From an uncultured bacterium (GTDB lineage Bacteria > Patescibacteriota > Minisyncoccia > Phycocordibacterales > CAIZLB01), in NCBI GenBank assembly GCA_903864515.1, contig CAIPFZ010000018.1:17290-81289 (forward strand): DNA of 64,000 nucleotides, given 5' to 3'. This document shows, piece after piece, positions 37,375 through 45,771 of this stretch. Numbering within the stretch: position 1 is the stretch's first letter; every line of letters starts with the position of its first letter. The notes below the pieces were generated by a model that did not search any database, was not told the origin of the DNA, and saw only the letters and a list, made by a program, of their open reading frames with translations. Made by a program: the position numbers and the translations under genes.

Positions 37375-38253
37375 ATGAATAAAGCTGTCTCTGAAATTAA
37401 AAAGAGAATAATAGGCCTAGATTTTGGCTCAAAAAGAATTGGAGTTGCTCTTTCTGATGAGCTTGGTTTGTTGGCTTTTCCTTTGTGTGTGGTGCCAGGT
37501 TTTGGACATGACACAGATAAAAGAGAGGAGAGAATGAGTCAAACAGAAAAGGAAGTATTATCGATATTAAAAGAGAAGGAGATTGATACTGTAATAATTG
37601 GACATTCCGTTGATCTGAAGGGTTTTGATAATACAATAATGACGGACGCTAGAATATTTGGTTCAAAACTTGAGAGCTACGGCTTTAAGATAGTTTATGA
37701 GCCAGAACTATTTTCAACTGTCCAAGCGACAAAAATTCAAGGAGAGAACAAAAACGCTGACGCATCTGCAGCTGCTATCATTTTACAAAGTTATTTAGAT
37801 AGAATAAAATTTAAAAATATGAATACACAATCACAAGATTTGGGAACAAGTTCCGATAATTTAAACAATACAGAATCGACAGAAGCTCCAAAGGGTGAAT
37901 CAAAGAGTGAAGTAAAAAGCACACCAGAATATATAACAATTGATGATTTTATTAAGGTAGAAATTAAGATTGGTGAAATTATGACCGCTGAGACAGTTGA
38001 AGGTTCTGATAAGTTATTAAAGCTCTCAGTGGACTTTGGTGAAGAAAAACCAAGGCAGGTTTTGTCTGGAATTGCTAAATATGTTGAAATAGAAGAGTTG
38101 ATAGGAAAAAAATTTCCCTTTGTCACAAATCTTGCACCTAGGAAGATGATGGGACAAGAAAGTCAGGCTATGATTTTGGCAGGAAGTCATGAGAATGATC
38201 TTGCTCTACTTAATCCAAGTAAGGATTTACCGAATGGAACGAAGTTAAAATAA
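37375..38253 (+). CDS. ruvX: RuvX/YqgF pre-16S rRNA nuclease fused to a C-terminal Trbp111/CsaA-type tRNA-binding domain
   Basis: N-terminal IIGLDFGSKRIGVALSDELG ... DTVIIGHSVDLKG ... ASAAAIILQSYLD gives the YqgF RNase H-like fold. The C-terminus DFIKVEIKIGEIMTAETVEGSDKLLKLSVDFGEEKPRQVLSGIAKYVEIEELIGKKFPFVTNLAPRKMMGQESQAMILA is a canonical OB-fold tRNA-binding (Myf) domain. Confidence 0.75.
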   Translation: MNKAVSEIKKRIIGLDFGSKRIGVALSDELGLLAFPLCVVPGFGHDTDKREERMSQTEKEVLSILKEKEIDTVIIGHSVDLKGFDNTIMTDARIFGSKLESYGFKIVYEPELFSTVQATKIQGENKNADASAAAIILQSYLDRIKFKNMNTQSQDLGTSSDNLNNTESTEAPKGESKSEVKSTPEYITIDDFIKVEIKIGEIMTAETVEGSDKLLKLSVDFGEEKPRQVLSGIAKYVEIEELIGKKFPFVTNLAPRKMMGQESQAMILAGSHENDLALLNPSKDLPNGTKLK

Positions 38254-38327
38254 AAGTAAATTAAAGTTATTTAATTTTACACAAATAATCATAACAAAAT
38301 CTTTTTGTTATGATAGAATAGTAGTAC

Positions 38328-39452
38328 ATGTCACATTTAGATTTTCTAAATAAATATTTTCCAACACCACATTATCTGGAGATGTCACACGCTGGTGTGG
38401 ATATTAGTTCATCGTCTGTTCACGTGTCTGAATTGATTAGAACATCTAAGGGGTTGAGACTGAAATATTGTGCTGAAGAAAATCTCGCTTCTCCAATTCT
38501 TCCAAATGAATCTTTAATTTCTAACAAAAATCTGATTGAAGTCATGAAGAATATTCAAAAGAAGTATAAGTTAAAGTTTGTTGAAGTCTCTATTCCGGAG
38601 GAAAAAGCGTATTTGTTTACAATAGAGGTGGTTGATGGAACAAAGGAAGAAATTAGAAATAGAATAGAGATGCACCTTGAAGAAAACGTTCCAATATCTA
38701 TAGATGACGCTGTGTTTGATTACCATAGAATAAAGAAAAATGAAAATACGGGTATGCAGTTTTTGGCCGTATCTGTTGTTCCTACGGTTGTTATAAATGA
38801 ATATATAGAACTATTTGAATCATGTGGAATGTTTCCAATATCCTTTTTGATTGAAAACCAGGCGCTATCAAGAGCTATTGTTAAGAGGGGAGACAGAGAA
38901 AATTATCTTATAATAAACGTTGGTCACAAGAGTACTGTACTCTCTATTGTAAATGATGAAACTGTGCAGTTTACATCTACAATAACCCTTGGATCTGAGG
39001 ATTTTACTAATGCAGTAATGCAGGCGACATCTTTTGATAAAGATCAATCTTCTGTCTTAAAGTATGAAAAAGGATTCTCAAGGGATAAAGAAAATGAAGT
39101 TATATCAAACGCTTTAATTGGTACAGCAAATATATTGGTCAGTGAAATTAGAAAGGTTCTTATGTACTGGAATGGTATGAATAGTTCCAAGATAATTGAA
39201 AACAGTATATCTGAATTATCTAGGCAAGTACCCCAATCTTCTGTTGGTGTAAAAAAAGTATTGATTGCAGGAAAGGAGGCTGGTATTTCTGGATTCAGAG
39301 ATTTCTTGGCAATTTCACTTAAAACGCCGGTTGAAATTGCAAATGTGTGGACAAACATACTGTCCTTTGAAGATAGTATTCCAGATATATCCATGAAGGA
39401 ATCATTAAGTTACGGCGTTTCCTTTGGGCTAGCTTTATTAAAAGATCAATAA
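38328..39452 (+). CDS. pilM: type IV pilus assembly protein PilM-like (actin-like ATPase fold)
   Basis: ~370 aa cytoplasmic protein, followed in operon order by single-TM PilN-like and PilO-like genes. Assignment by gene order, size and composition. Confidence 0.55.
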   Translation: MSHLDFLNKYFPTPHYLEMSHAGVDISSSSVHVSELIRTSKGLRLKYCAEENLASPILPNESLISNKNLIEVMKNIQKKYKLKFVEVSIPEEKAYLFTIEVVDGTKEEIRNRIEMHLEENVPISIDDAVFDYHRIKKNENTGMQFLAVSVVPTVVINEYIELFESCGMFPISFLIENQALSRAIVKRGDRENYLIINVGHKSTVLSIVNDETVQFTSTITLGSEDFTNAVMQATSFDKDQSSVLKYEKGFSRDKENEVISNALIGTANILVSEIRKVLMYWNGMNSSKIIENSISELSRQVPQSSVGVKKVLIAGKEAGISGFRDFLAISLKTPVEIANVWTNILSFEDSIPDISMKESLSYGVSFGLALLKDQ

Positions 39453-39453
39453 A

Positions 39454-40005
39454 ATGTTACATCTATTAACTGAATCACAAAAGAATAAGGTGACAAAGGA
39501 ATACAAGATGAGACTTGTTATTGTTGTATCTTGGATGATCATCTTTATATCCCTTACTGGTATGGCATTAACTCTGCCGATTTATTTAATATCAGTAAGT
39601 AAGATTAATCATATTAAAAACGATAATCAAAGTAAGGAAAACTCAACTAAGGCTCTTCGTGATCAGAATTTTCAAGATAAGATTAAGCAGGTTAATTCTA
39701 GCTTGGGTGCACTTAAGATGTTTGTAGGTGTACCGTCTCCCAGGAATACTTATCTAAAGATAGTCGACAGCTTGCCTGAAGGTGTATATATAGACAGGTA
39801 TACTTACGGATTAATAGACGATAGTTCCGCATCAATTAGTATAAGTGGCGTGGCACCAGATAGAGAGAGACTGCTTGAGCTTCAAAATAAATTAAAATCA
39901 AATAGTGAATTTAGTGGTATTAATATTCCAATTACCGGTTTTACCAAGAAAAAAGATTTAAGTTTCTCGTTAAATTTCAATTTAATTAGAGTTATTAAAA
40001 AATAA
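39454..40005 (+). CDS. pilN: PilN-like bitopic membrane protein
   Basis: Short cytoplasmic N-terminus, one TM (LVIVVSWMIIFISLTGMALTLPIYLI), periplasmic-type domain. Start codon overlaps the pilM stop. Confidence 0.5.
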   Translation: MLHLLTESQKNKVTKEYKMRLVIVVSWMIIFISLTGMALTLPIYLISVSKINHIKNDNQSKENSTKALRDQNFQDKIKQVNSSLGALKMFVGVPSPRNTYLKIVDSLPEGVYIDRYTYGLIDDSSASISISGVAPDRERLLELQNKLKSNSEFSGINIPITGFTKKKDLSFSLNFNLIRVIKK

Positions 40006-40007
40006 TC

Positions 40008-40553
40008 ATGTCCAAAAGAACTATTAGCACATTAATTATATCCGTAACCCTAGCAACCATCTCTATTGCAGGATATTTTTACACTGTAACTTATGTTGGA
40101 GGTATGGGTAGTAGTTTAAGTGATATGTATGCTAAATCAGTAGAATTAAAGAAGGAAGAAGAAAGTCTAAGTTCAATTCAGCGTGTAGCTCAGAATGCTG
40201 ACCAAAGAAACGCCGAGCTGTCTAAGTATATTGTTCCTTCTGGAAATGAGGGTTCTATACAGTTTGTTCAAACAATAGAGAATTTAGCTGAAAGTTTTGG
40301 ATTGACTTATAATACGAACTCAATTGAAATTGTATCCGATGAAAAATTAGCAAAGCTTGATAAGGAATATTTAAGTATTAAAGAGACATTAAATGGATCA
40401 AGTAAATCAATTGCTGGGTTTGTAGAAAAGATTGAGACATTACCCTTAAACACCAAGATTAGAAGTTATTCAGTGACAAAGACTGCGGGATCTAAGGGGA
40501 CTTCAACGGTCGAACAATTAGATATAGAAATATTGGTTATTAAAGAAAAATAA
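40008..40553 (+). CDS. pilO: PilO-like bitopic membrane protein
   Basis: One N-terminal TM, a coiled-coil segment, then an alpha/beta domain. Position after pilN. Confidence 0.45.
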   Translation: MSKRTISTLIISVTLATISIAGYFYTVTYVGGMGSSLSDMYAKSVELKKEEESLSSIQRVAQNADQRNAELSKYIVPSGNEGSIQFVQTIENLAESFGLTYNTNSIEIVSDEKLAKLDKEYLSIKETLNGSSKSIAGFVEKIETLPLNTKIRSYSVTKTAGSKGTSTVEQLDIEILVIKEK

Positions 40554-40554
40554 T

Positions 40555-40956
40555 ATGAAAATAGAAATGGGAAAACTCGGCAGTAGTTTAAAAAGAATGT
40601 ATATATTTGGTAGTCATCCCATCTTAGACTGGCAAAGGATTATTGTAGTGAGCGTTTTGCTTATAACTGCAATATTTGTCTGGAGCTATTTCTTTTATTT
40701 TTCCGTAAAATCTGATTTTGGAAATAGTCTAGTTAATGTATCTGAATATGTTCCTGTAAAAGATAAAGAAGCAGAAATCAAGGAGGTTGTTTATAAATAC
40801 AAAGTAAAGGAGTTCTTGTGGACAGGTGGAACAAGTACAGCTGTGGTGAGTGATGATCTGAATGTTGGTACTAGTAGTAATGTGAACAAGGGTGGCACCA
40901 CTACTACTGCTGGAGTTGTTTCTACTAGTACCGGTTCAAGTGCTAATGTGAGATAA
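40555..40956 (+). CDS. small membrane protein with S/T/G-rich tail (possibly PilP-like)
   Basis: One TM (IIVVSVLLITAIFVWSYFFYF). C-terminal low-complexity GTSTAVVSDDLNVGTSSNVNKGGTTTTAGVVSTSTGSSANV. Confidence 0.35.
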   Translation: MKIEMGKLGSSLKRMYIFGSHPILDWQRIIVVSVLLITAIFVWSYFFYFSVKSDFGNSLVNVSEYVPVKDKEAEIKEVVYKYKVKEFLWTGGTSTAVVSDDLNVGTSSNVNKGGTTTTAGVVSTSTGSSANVR

Positions 40957-41011
40957 ACCGGGGTGATCAAGAGGGCTGGTAAAATTTTAAAAATATGCTA
41001 TTGTACTTGCA

Positions 41012-41083
41012 TGCTCTTGTAGTTCAATGGATAGAACTGCGGACTTCTAAGCCGTTAATGTAGGTTCGATTCCTACCGAGAGC
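41012..41083 (+). tRNA. tRNA-Arg (anticodon TCT)
   Basis: GCTCTTGTAGTTCAATGGATAGAACTGCGGACTTCTAAGCCGTTAATGTAGGTTCGATTCCTACCGAGAGCA. Anticodon loop CTTCTAA. Followed by a terminator hairpin at about 41092-41119. Confidence 0.8.
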
Positions 41084-41190
41084 ACAACAGATAAAGCGCC
41101 CAGAAGGGCGTTTTTGTTTTAAGGCGACGTTGCAAATATGGTTTATGGATAACAATAAAAGCATGGAGTTTATCTCCATGCTTTTATTTT

Positions 41191-41266
41191 TGGTGGGCGA
41201 TAAGGGACTCGAACCCCTGACCTTCTCAGTGTAAATGAGTTGCTCTACCAACTGAGCTAATCGCCC
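41191..41266 (-). tRNA. tRNA-Val (anticodon TAC)
   Basis: Reverse strand reads GGGCGATTAGCTCAGTTGGTAGAGCAACTCATTTACACTGAGAAGGTCAGGGGTTCGAGTCCCTTATCGCCCACCA. CCA encoded. Terminator hairpin downstream at about 41157-41185. Confidence 0.85.
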
Positions 41267-41318
41267 TCACTTGGTTCTCATAATATATACTATTATTGAA
41301 ATAATATCAATATCAAGT

Positions 41319-42152
41319 ATGATAACGGTAATGTTGTCTATAATATATCAAGATAAGGACGTTTTAATCATAAATAAGCCTGCAGGCATTATGGTTCACG
41401 GTGATGGTAAATCACAAGAAAAAACCTTGTGTGACTTTGTGGAGGAGGAATTTCCTGAGACTAAAGATGTTGGTGAGCCTATGATGATTGGTAGGGGGCC
41501 TAATAAAGAACCTACAATTCTAAGAAGACCGGGTATTGTTCATAGATTGGATAAAGAAACTTCTGGTGTTATGGTGGTGGCTAAAAATCAGCCAGCCTTT
41601 GAAATACTCAAAAAACAATTTCAAGATCATGTAATTAAGAAAACATACAATACTTTTGTGTGGGGTGCTGTTAAGGAAGATGAGGGGGTTATTGATAGAC
41701 ACATAGGAAGAAGTAAGGGGGACTTTAGAAAATGGAGCGCACAACGTTTTTCACGTGGTGAGTTGAGACCTGCTGTGACTGAATATAAAGTATTAAAGAG
41801 ATTTGACGGTGATCCTGTAATGAAACGTGGGGCGATAATGGTTGGTAAAGGTAATTCAAAAATACCACTAGTGTTTACTCTTGTTGAGGTTCATCCACTA
41901 ACTGGAAGGACACATCAGATCAGGGTTCATTTTAAAGCAATTAATCATCCTGTTGTTGGGGATAGTTTGTATGCTGAGAATCATCCGTATGCTCTAGGTT
42001 TTGCTCGCCTAGCGCTTCACGCAAGAAAATTAAAATTAATTTTACCAGTAGATGCTCTTGTGGATAATGAAGGAGATATAAGTGGAAAGATGAGTGAATT
42101 TGAGGCAGAGCTTCCGGTGGATTTCAAAAAAGCCACAGATGCTTTATTATAA
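41319..42152 (+). CDS. RluA-family pseudouridine synthase
   Basis: Catalytic motif HRLDKETSGVMVVAK. Entry motif IINKPAGIMVHG. Start likely 41319 or 41331. Confidence 0.8.
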   Translation: MITVMLSIIYQDKDVLIINKPAGIMVHGDGKSQEKTLCDFVEEEFPETKDVGEPMMIGRGPNKEPTILRRPGIVHRLDKETSGVMVVAKNQPAFEILKKQFQDHVIKKTYNTFVWGAVKEDEGVIDRHIGRSKGDFRKWSAQRFSRGELRPAVTEYKVLKRFDGDPVMKRGAIMVGKGNSKIPLVFTLVEVHPLTGRTHQIRVHFKAINHPVVGDSLYAENHPYALGFARLALHARKLKLILPVDALVDNEGDISGKMSEFEAELPVDFKKATDALL

Positions 42153-43300
42153 TGATAATGAAGAATAGAACTAAAGGACTCCGAACTTGGATTGAAATAG
42201 ATAAGAAATCAGTTCTGAATAACTTAAAATCATTTCGAGGTCTAGTTGGAGATGGTGTGAAAATAATGTCTGTTGTTAAATCTAATGCTTATGGACATGG
42301 TCTTTGGGATTTTTCAAATACAATTATGAAGGATAAGAACCTTGATTGGTTTGGTGTTGATTCTGTCGTTGAAGGCCTTACCCTGAGAAAAGAGGGAGTT
42401 AAGAAACCAATTCTTGTTCTCGGATATGTCCTTCCAGAGATGTTGAAAATTGCACAAGAGAACGATTTGAGTATTGCTGTATCCTCAATGGAAACTATCA
42501 AGGAAATTTTAAGGACTAAATTTAGAGGTAAGTTAAAAATTCATTTGAAATTGGATACTGGTATGCATAGGCATGGTTTTAATCGATTCCAAAAAACTGA
42601 AGTTTTGTCGGCTTTAAGGGGTGTCCTCTCTAAGGTAGAGATTGAAGGTATTTTTACTCATTTTGCATCTGCAAAAGATCCAAGTGATAGGAATTATACT
42701 AATGGGCAGATTAGGGAGTTCACAGAGTGGGTAAATTTTTTATCAAAAGAATTAAATATACATCCAATAAGACATGCGTCAGCAACAGGAGGAAGTCTAA
42801 TTTATGAAAATGCTCGTTTCGATATGATTAGAGTTGGAATTGGAATGTATGGACTGTGGCCATCCGAAGAATCAAAGAAGTATAAAAGTAGAACGATAAA
42901 GATAAGCCCCGTTTTATCTTGGAAAACAATTGTCGCAGAAATTAAAATGATTAAAAAGGGGGAGGGGGTTGGTTATGATCTATCTGAAAGGGTAAATAAG
43001 GATACAAAAATAGCTATTCTTCCAATTGGCTATTGGCACGGATTCCCCAGGGGCCTTTCCCGTGTTGGCTGTGTCTATATAGGGGGAGTTGCCTGTAAGG
43101 TCTTGGGTAATGTGTGTATGGATATAATAATGGTAGATGTTTCAATGGTGCCGGGAATAAGGGTTGGTGACGAGGTTGAAATAATTGGAAGGAGTGATAA
43201 AAGCAAAAATAGTTTGTTAAATATGGCTAAATTGGCAAATATGTCCATTTACGAGCTTGTTACTAGAATCAACCCCCTAATTAAACGGATAGTTATTTAG
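42152..43300 (+). CDS. alr: alanine racemase
   Basis: PLP-lysine motif VVKSNAYGHG near the N-terminus. Length and C-terminal beta domain fit Alr. Confidence 0.85.
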   Translation: MIMKNRTKGLRTWIEIDKKSVLNNLKSFRGLVGDGVKIMSVVKSNAYGHGLWDFSNTIMKDKNLDWFGVDSVVEGLTLRKEGVKKPILVLGYVLPEMLKIAQENDLSIAVSSMETIKEILRTKFRGKLKIHLKLDTGMHRHGFNRFQKTEVLSALRGVLSKVEIEGIFTHFASAKDPSDRNYTNGQIREFTEWVNFLSKELNIHPIRHASATGGSLIYENARFDMIRVGIGMYGLWPSEESKKYKSRTIKISPVLSWKTIVAEIKMIKKGEGVGYDLSERVNKDTKIAILPIGYWHGFPRGLSRVGCVYIGGVACKVLGNVCMDIIMVDVSMVPGIRVGDEVEIIGRSDKSKNSLLNMAKLANMSIYELVTRINPLIKRIVI

Positions 43301-43366
43301 TTTAACCAACAGGAAGACAGGTCCCTGGATTTGCAAAAACAGAGTATCTCTGCTATATTGCTCCCT

Positions 43367-43873
43367 ATGACAGCAGCTATAAAAACAGTTAAAAAGGATA
43401 TTAAAGTGGCTAAAACAGATGCTACTAGAAAGGATTTTGATATGCGCGTAGGTGATACGGTTAAGGTGTATCAAAAAATTCAAGAAAAAGGTAAGACTCG
43501 TCTTCAGGTTTTTGAAGGGCTTGTTCTTGCTAGAAAGCACGGAAGTGAAGCTGGCGGTACTTTTACCGTTAGAAAGGTTTCTGGAGGCTATGGGGTAGAA
43601 AGAATCTTCCCATTGTATTCACCTAATATTGATAAGATAGAAGTTACAAAGCGTGCTAAGGTTCGTCGTGCTAAACTTTACTATATTAGAGACAAGGCGG
43701 CTAAAGAAATTAGTAAGAGAATGAAGATGGAAATGACAAAGCGTGATTCATCTCATTTAACTAAAGCAGAGGCTGCAAGATTAGAAGCGGAGGAGGCAGC
43801 TGCAGCAGCACTAGCTGAGCCGGAGGTAGAGGTGGTAGAGGCAACAACAGAAGACACAACAGCTACAGCATAA
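43367..43873 (+). CDS. rplS: 50S ribosomal protein L19 with acidic/Ala-rich C-terminal extension
   Basis: [59 protein letters not shown] is the L19 core. Terminator hairpin at about 43906-43942. Confidence 0.85.
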   Translation: MTAAIKTVKKDIKVAKTDATRKDFDMRVGDTVKVYQKIQEKGKTRLQVFEGLVLARKHGSEAGGTFTVRKVSGGYGVERIFPLYSPNIDKIEVTKRAKVRRAKLYYIRDKAAKEISKRMKMEMTKRDSSHLTKAEAARLEAEEAAAAALAEPEVEVVEATTEDTTATA

Positions 43874-43965
43874 TTTAAATAAGACAGGCGCCACAGTGGT
43901 GTATAAAAACAAGACCAGTAAGATGGTCTTGTTTTGTTGTTTGCTTTTATGCATAATATACCAAT

Positions 43966-44052
43966 GCGCGAGTGTTGAAACTGGTAGACAAGCATCCTTG
44001 AGGTGGATGTGCCCGTAAGGGCGTGGAGGTTCAAGTCCTCTCTCGCGCACCA
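43966..44052 (+). tRNA. tRNA-Leu (anticodon GAG)
   Basis: GCGCGAGTGTTGAAACTGGTAGACAAGCATCCTTGAGGTGGATGTGCCCGTAAGGGCGTGGAGGTTCAAGTCCTCTCTCGCGCACCA. Long variable arm. CCA encoded. Confidence 0.85.
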
Positions 44053-44339
44053 AAATTAAATTGACCAAAGAGCTCTGAATGACTACCGATGGATATTACT
44101 GTTAGTATCATACTGTTATTATCCCTTTCATAGATTAATAGTAAATCTGGGCGAATATGGCACTCATAAAAACCTGAGTATTCACCATTTAGTTTGTGGT
44201 TTTTAAATCTCGGAGCTAAGACTTTTCCAGAAGTTAAAATGTTAATAACATAATTGATTTCAAATTCTGTATATCTTCCTGACAATAAGACTTTCTCTAA
44301 TTGTTTTTTAAAATTGTTGGTATAATATATCCTATACAT
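44031..44339 (-). CDS. yafQ: type II toxin, YafQ/RelE family mRNA interferase
   Basis: GEYSGFYECHIRPDLLLIYERDNNSMILTVISIGSHSELFG matches the YafQ core (G.W.G.R..H...DW.LIY......L.L.RTGTH..LF). The last 7 codons overlap the 3' end of tRNA-Leu on the opposite strand. Confidence 0.75.
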   Translation of the reverse strand: MYRIYYTNNFKKQLEKVLLSGRYTEFEINYVINILTSGKVLAPRFKNHKLNGEYSGFYECHIRPDLLLIYERDNNSMILTVISIGSHSELFGQFNFGARERT

Positions 44340-44393
44340 AGTGCACAGAATATCATTTACACACCAAAGAAAACCCGAAGAAAATATAAATTT

Positions 44394-44690
44394 TTACCTA
44401 TTTAGGATATCATCCAACATTTCCTCGCTTGTTGCAAATCCCTTGCCACTCTTCTTTGCTTCTGCAACTTCCTTTTTCAACAACTCGTAATTTAAGAGTT
44501 TCTTACCTTTGATGGTTGAAGGAAAGAAGGGGATGGACTCACTTGTAACAACCTCCTTGAGAAAGAGTTTGATTCCAGAGGAAAGATCTAGTCCAATGTC
44601 CTTAAGTACATTTGATGCTTTTTCTTTCAAATCTTCCTCTATCCTGATTTGTATAGTTGTTTGAATGCTCATATGGGAAGTATAATGCAT
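44394..44690 (-). CDS. dinJ: type II antitoxin, DinJ/RelB family (RHH)
   Basis: IQIRIEEDLKEKASNVLKDIGLDLSSGIKLFLKEVVTSESIPF matches the DinJ N-terminal ribbon-helix-helix. Directly upstream of yafQ on the same strand. Start likely MSIQTT (44672). Confidence 0.7.
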   Translation of the reverse strand: MHYTSHMSIQTTIQIRIEEDLKEKASNVLKDIGLDLSSGIKLFLKEVVTSESIPFFPSTIKGKKLLNYELLKKEVAEAKKSGKGFATSEEMLDDILNR

Positions 44691-44784
44691 TTGTCATTAC
44701 ATTGTCAACTCACCGGTCTGCCCCCTTTTTTTTATTAAGTAAGTGTTTATGGCCTTTAGTTTTTAATTTTGTTAATATTGTGGT

Positions 44785-45750
44785 ATGGAAAATAATGTAA
44801 ATGATAATATCGCAAAAGTAACGGATCCAATAATAAAACGAAACAATCTACGGTTTTCAAAATATGATCAGGAGGTGGTCACTCCAATATGGGTCCAAGC
44901 AATTTTTAAATTATACGGATATTTTCAAATCTTTTCAGCCGTCTCCTCAATTATTGTACCTATGGTGGGAGGTGTCCTGCTTGGTGTTTTGGCAGCCGCT
45001 TTAGGTGGGGGAAGAGATAGCTTTTTTGAAGCTTTTAAATTATATGGTTATTTGGTAGTTGGGGTTATACCAGCTGCGGTTTTGGCCTATGGCTTTCTAA
45101 GAAATAGAAAATGGATTATAACCTGCCTAGGTCTCCAGCTCGCGTCGTCATTGTTTTTCTATGTAACTGGTATTATTGGCGGTAAGTCGTATCAAAATGA
45201 ATTATTATCAACATCTTTTTTTTCATCGATGATGATTTTATTCATGGCTATACCAGTTATCGTTATCGTTATTGCAATAATTTATCGAAATACCCTAAGT
45301 GGAAAGTTCTTTGCAATAACTCCTGTTTTGTTAATGGTACTGTCTATGGCCGGTGCGCAGTATTATACTAATGATACTGTTAAGAATAATTCAAACCAAA
45401 ATATGCAGACTGAAGTAAATACTGATCGTTTTGATACAAAGACATCTTCAGGATTAAATTCTACTTCTACTACTTCTACTACTACTGCCGTCATGGGTAA
45501 AAATGTCGATAAAAAATCAGGTGTAATAAAGGGTATTAAGATTAATCCCAAAGTGGATAATAGTATTTTAGATAGCGAGGATATAAGTATGCTTAAATAT
45601 ACAATTGAAAATGAACCAATTGGTAAAACCAGGGAGGCTTGCGTAGATTATGCCACCCAATATTTTCAAAAAGGATCTTCTCCCGAAGCAAAAGCAGAGG
45701 GTGTTGCTCTTGTAAACGCCTGTGTTTATTATATGGAGGGAGGTAAATAA
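44785..45750 (+). CDS. hypothetical polytopic membrane protein
   Basis: Several TM helices, S/T-rich stretch, soluble C-terminal domain. Confidence 0.4.
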   Translation: MENNVNDNIAKVTDPIIKRNNLRFSKYDQEVVTPIWVQAIFKLYGYFQIFSAVSSIIVPMVGGVLLGVLAAALGGGRDSFFEAFKLYGYLVVGVIPAAVLAYGFLRNRKWIITCLGLQLASSLFFYVTGIIGGKSYQNELLSTSFFSSMMILFMAIPVIVIVIAIIYRNTLSGKFFAITPVLLMVLSMAGAQYYTNDTVKNNSNQNMQTEVNTDRFDTKTSSGLNSTSTTSTTTAVMGKNVDKKSGVIKGIKINPKVDNSILDSEDISMLKYTIENEPIGKTREACVDYATQYFQKGSSPEAKAEGVALVNACVYYMEGGK

Positions 45751-45771
45751 AGATTGTTGTCTATTATTCTT

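Noticed and set aside
41024-41251. 75-aa minus-strand ORF spanning tRNA-Arg and tRNA-Val
   Set aside because: Overlaps two well-formed tRNA genes and their terminators. It is an artefact of the tRNA sequences.
43753-44068. Minus-strand ORFs 43753..44034 and 43811..44068
   Set aside because: They overlap the rplS 3' end and tRNA-Leu. Translations are low-complexity (poly-Ala/Ser or Cys-rich). They are artefacts.
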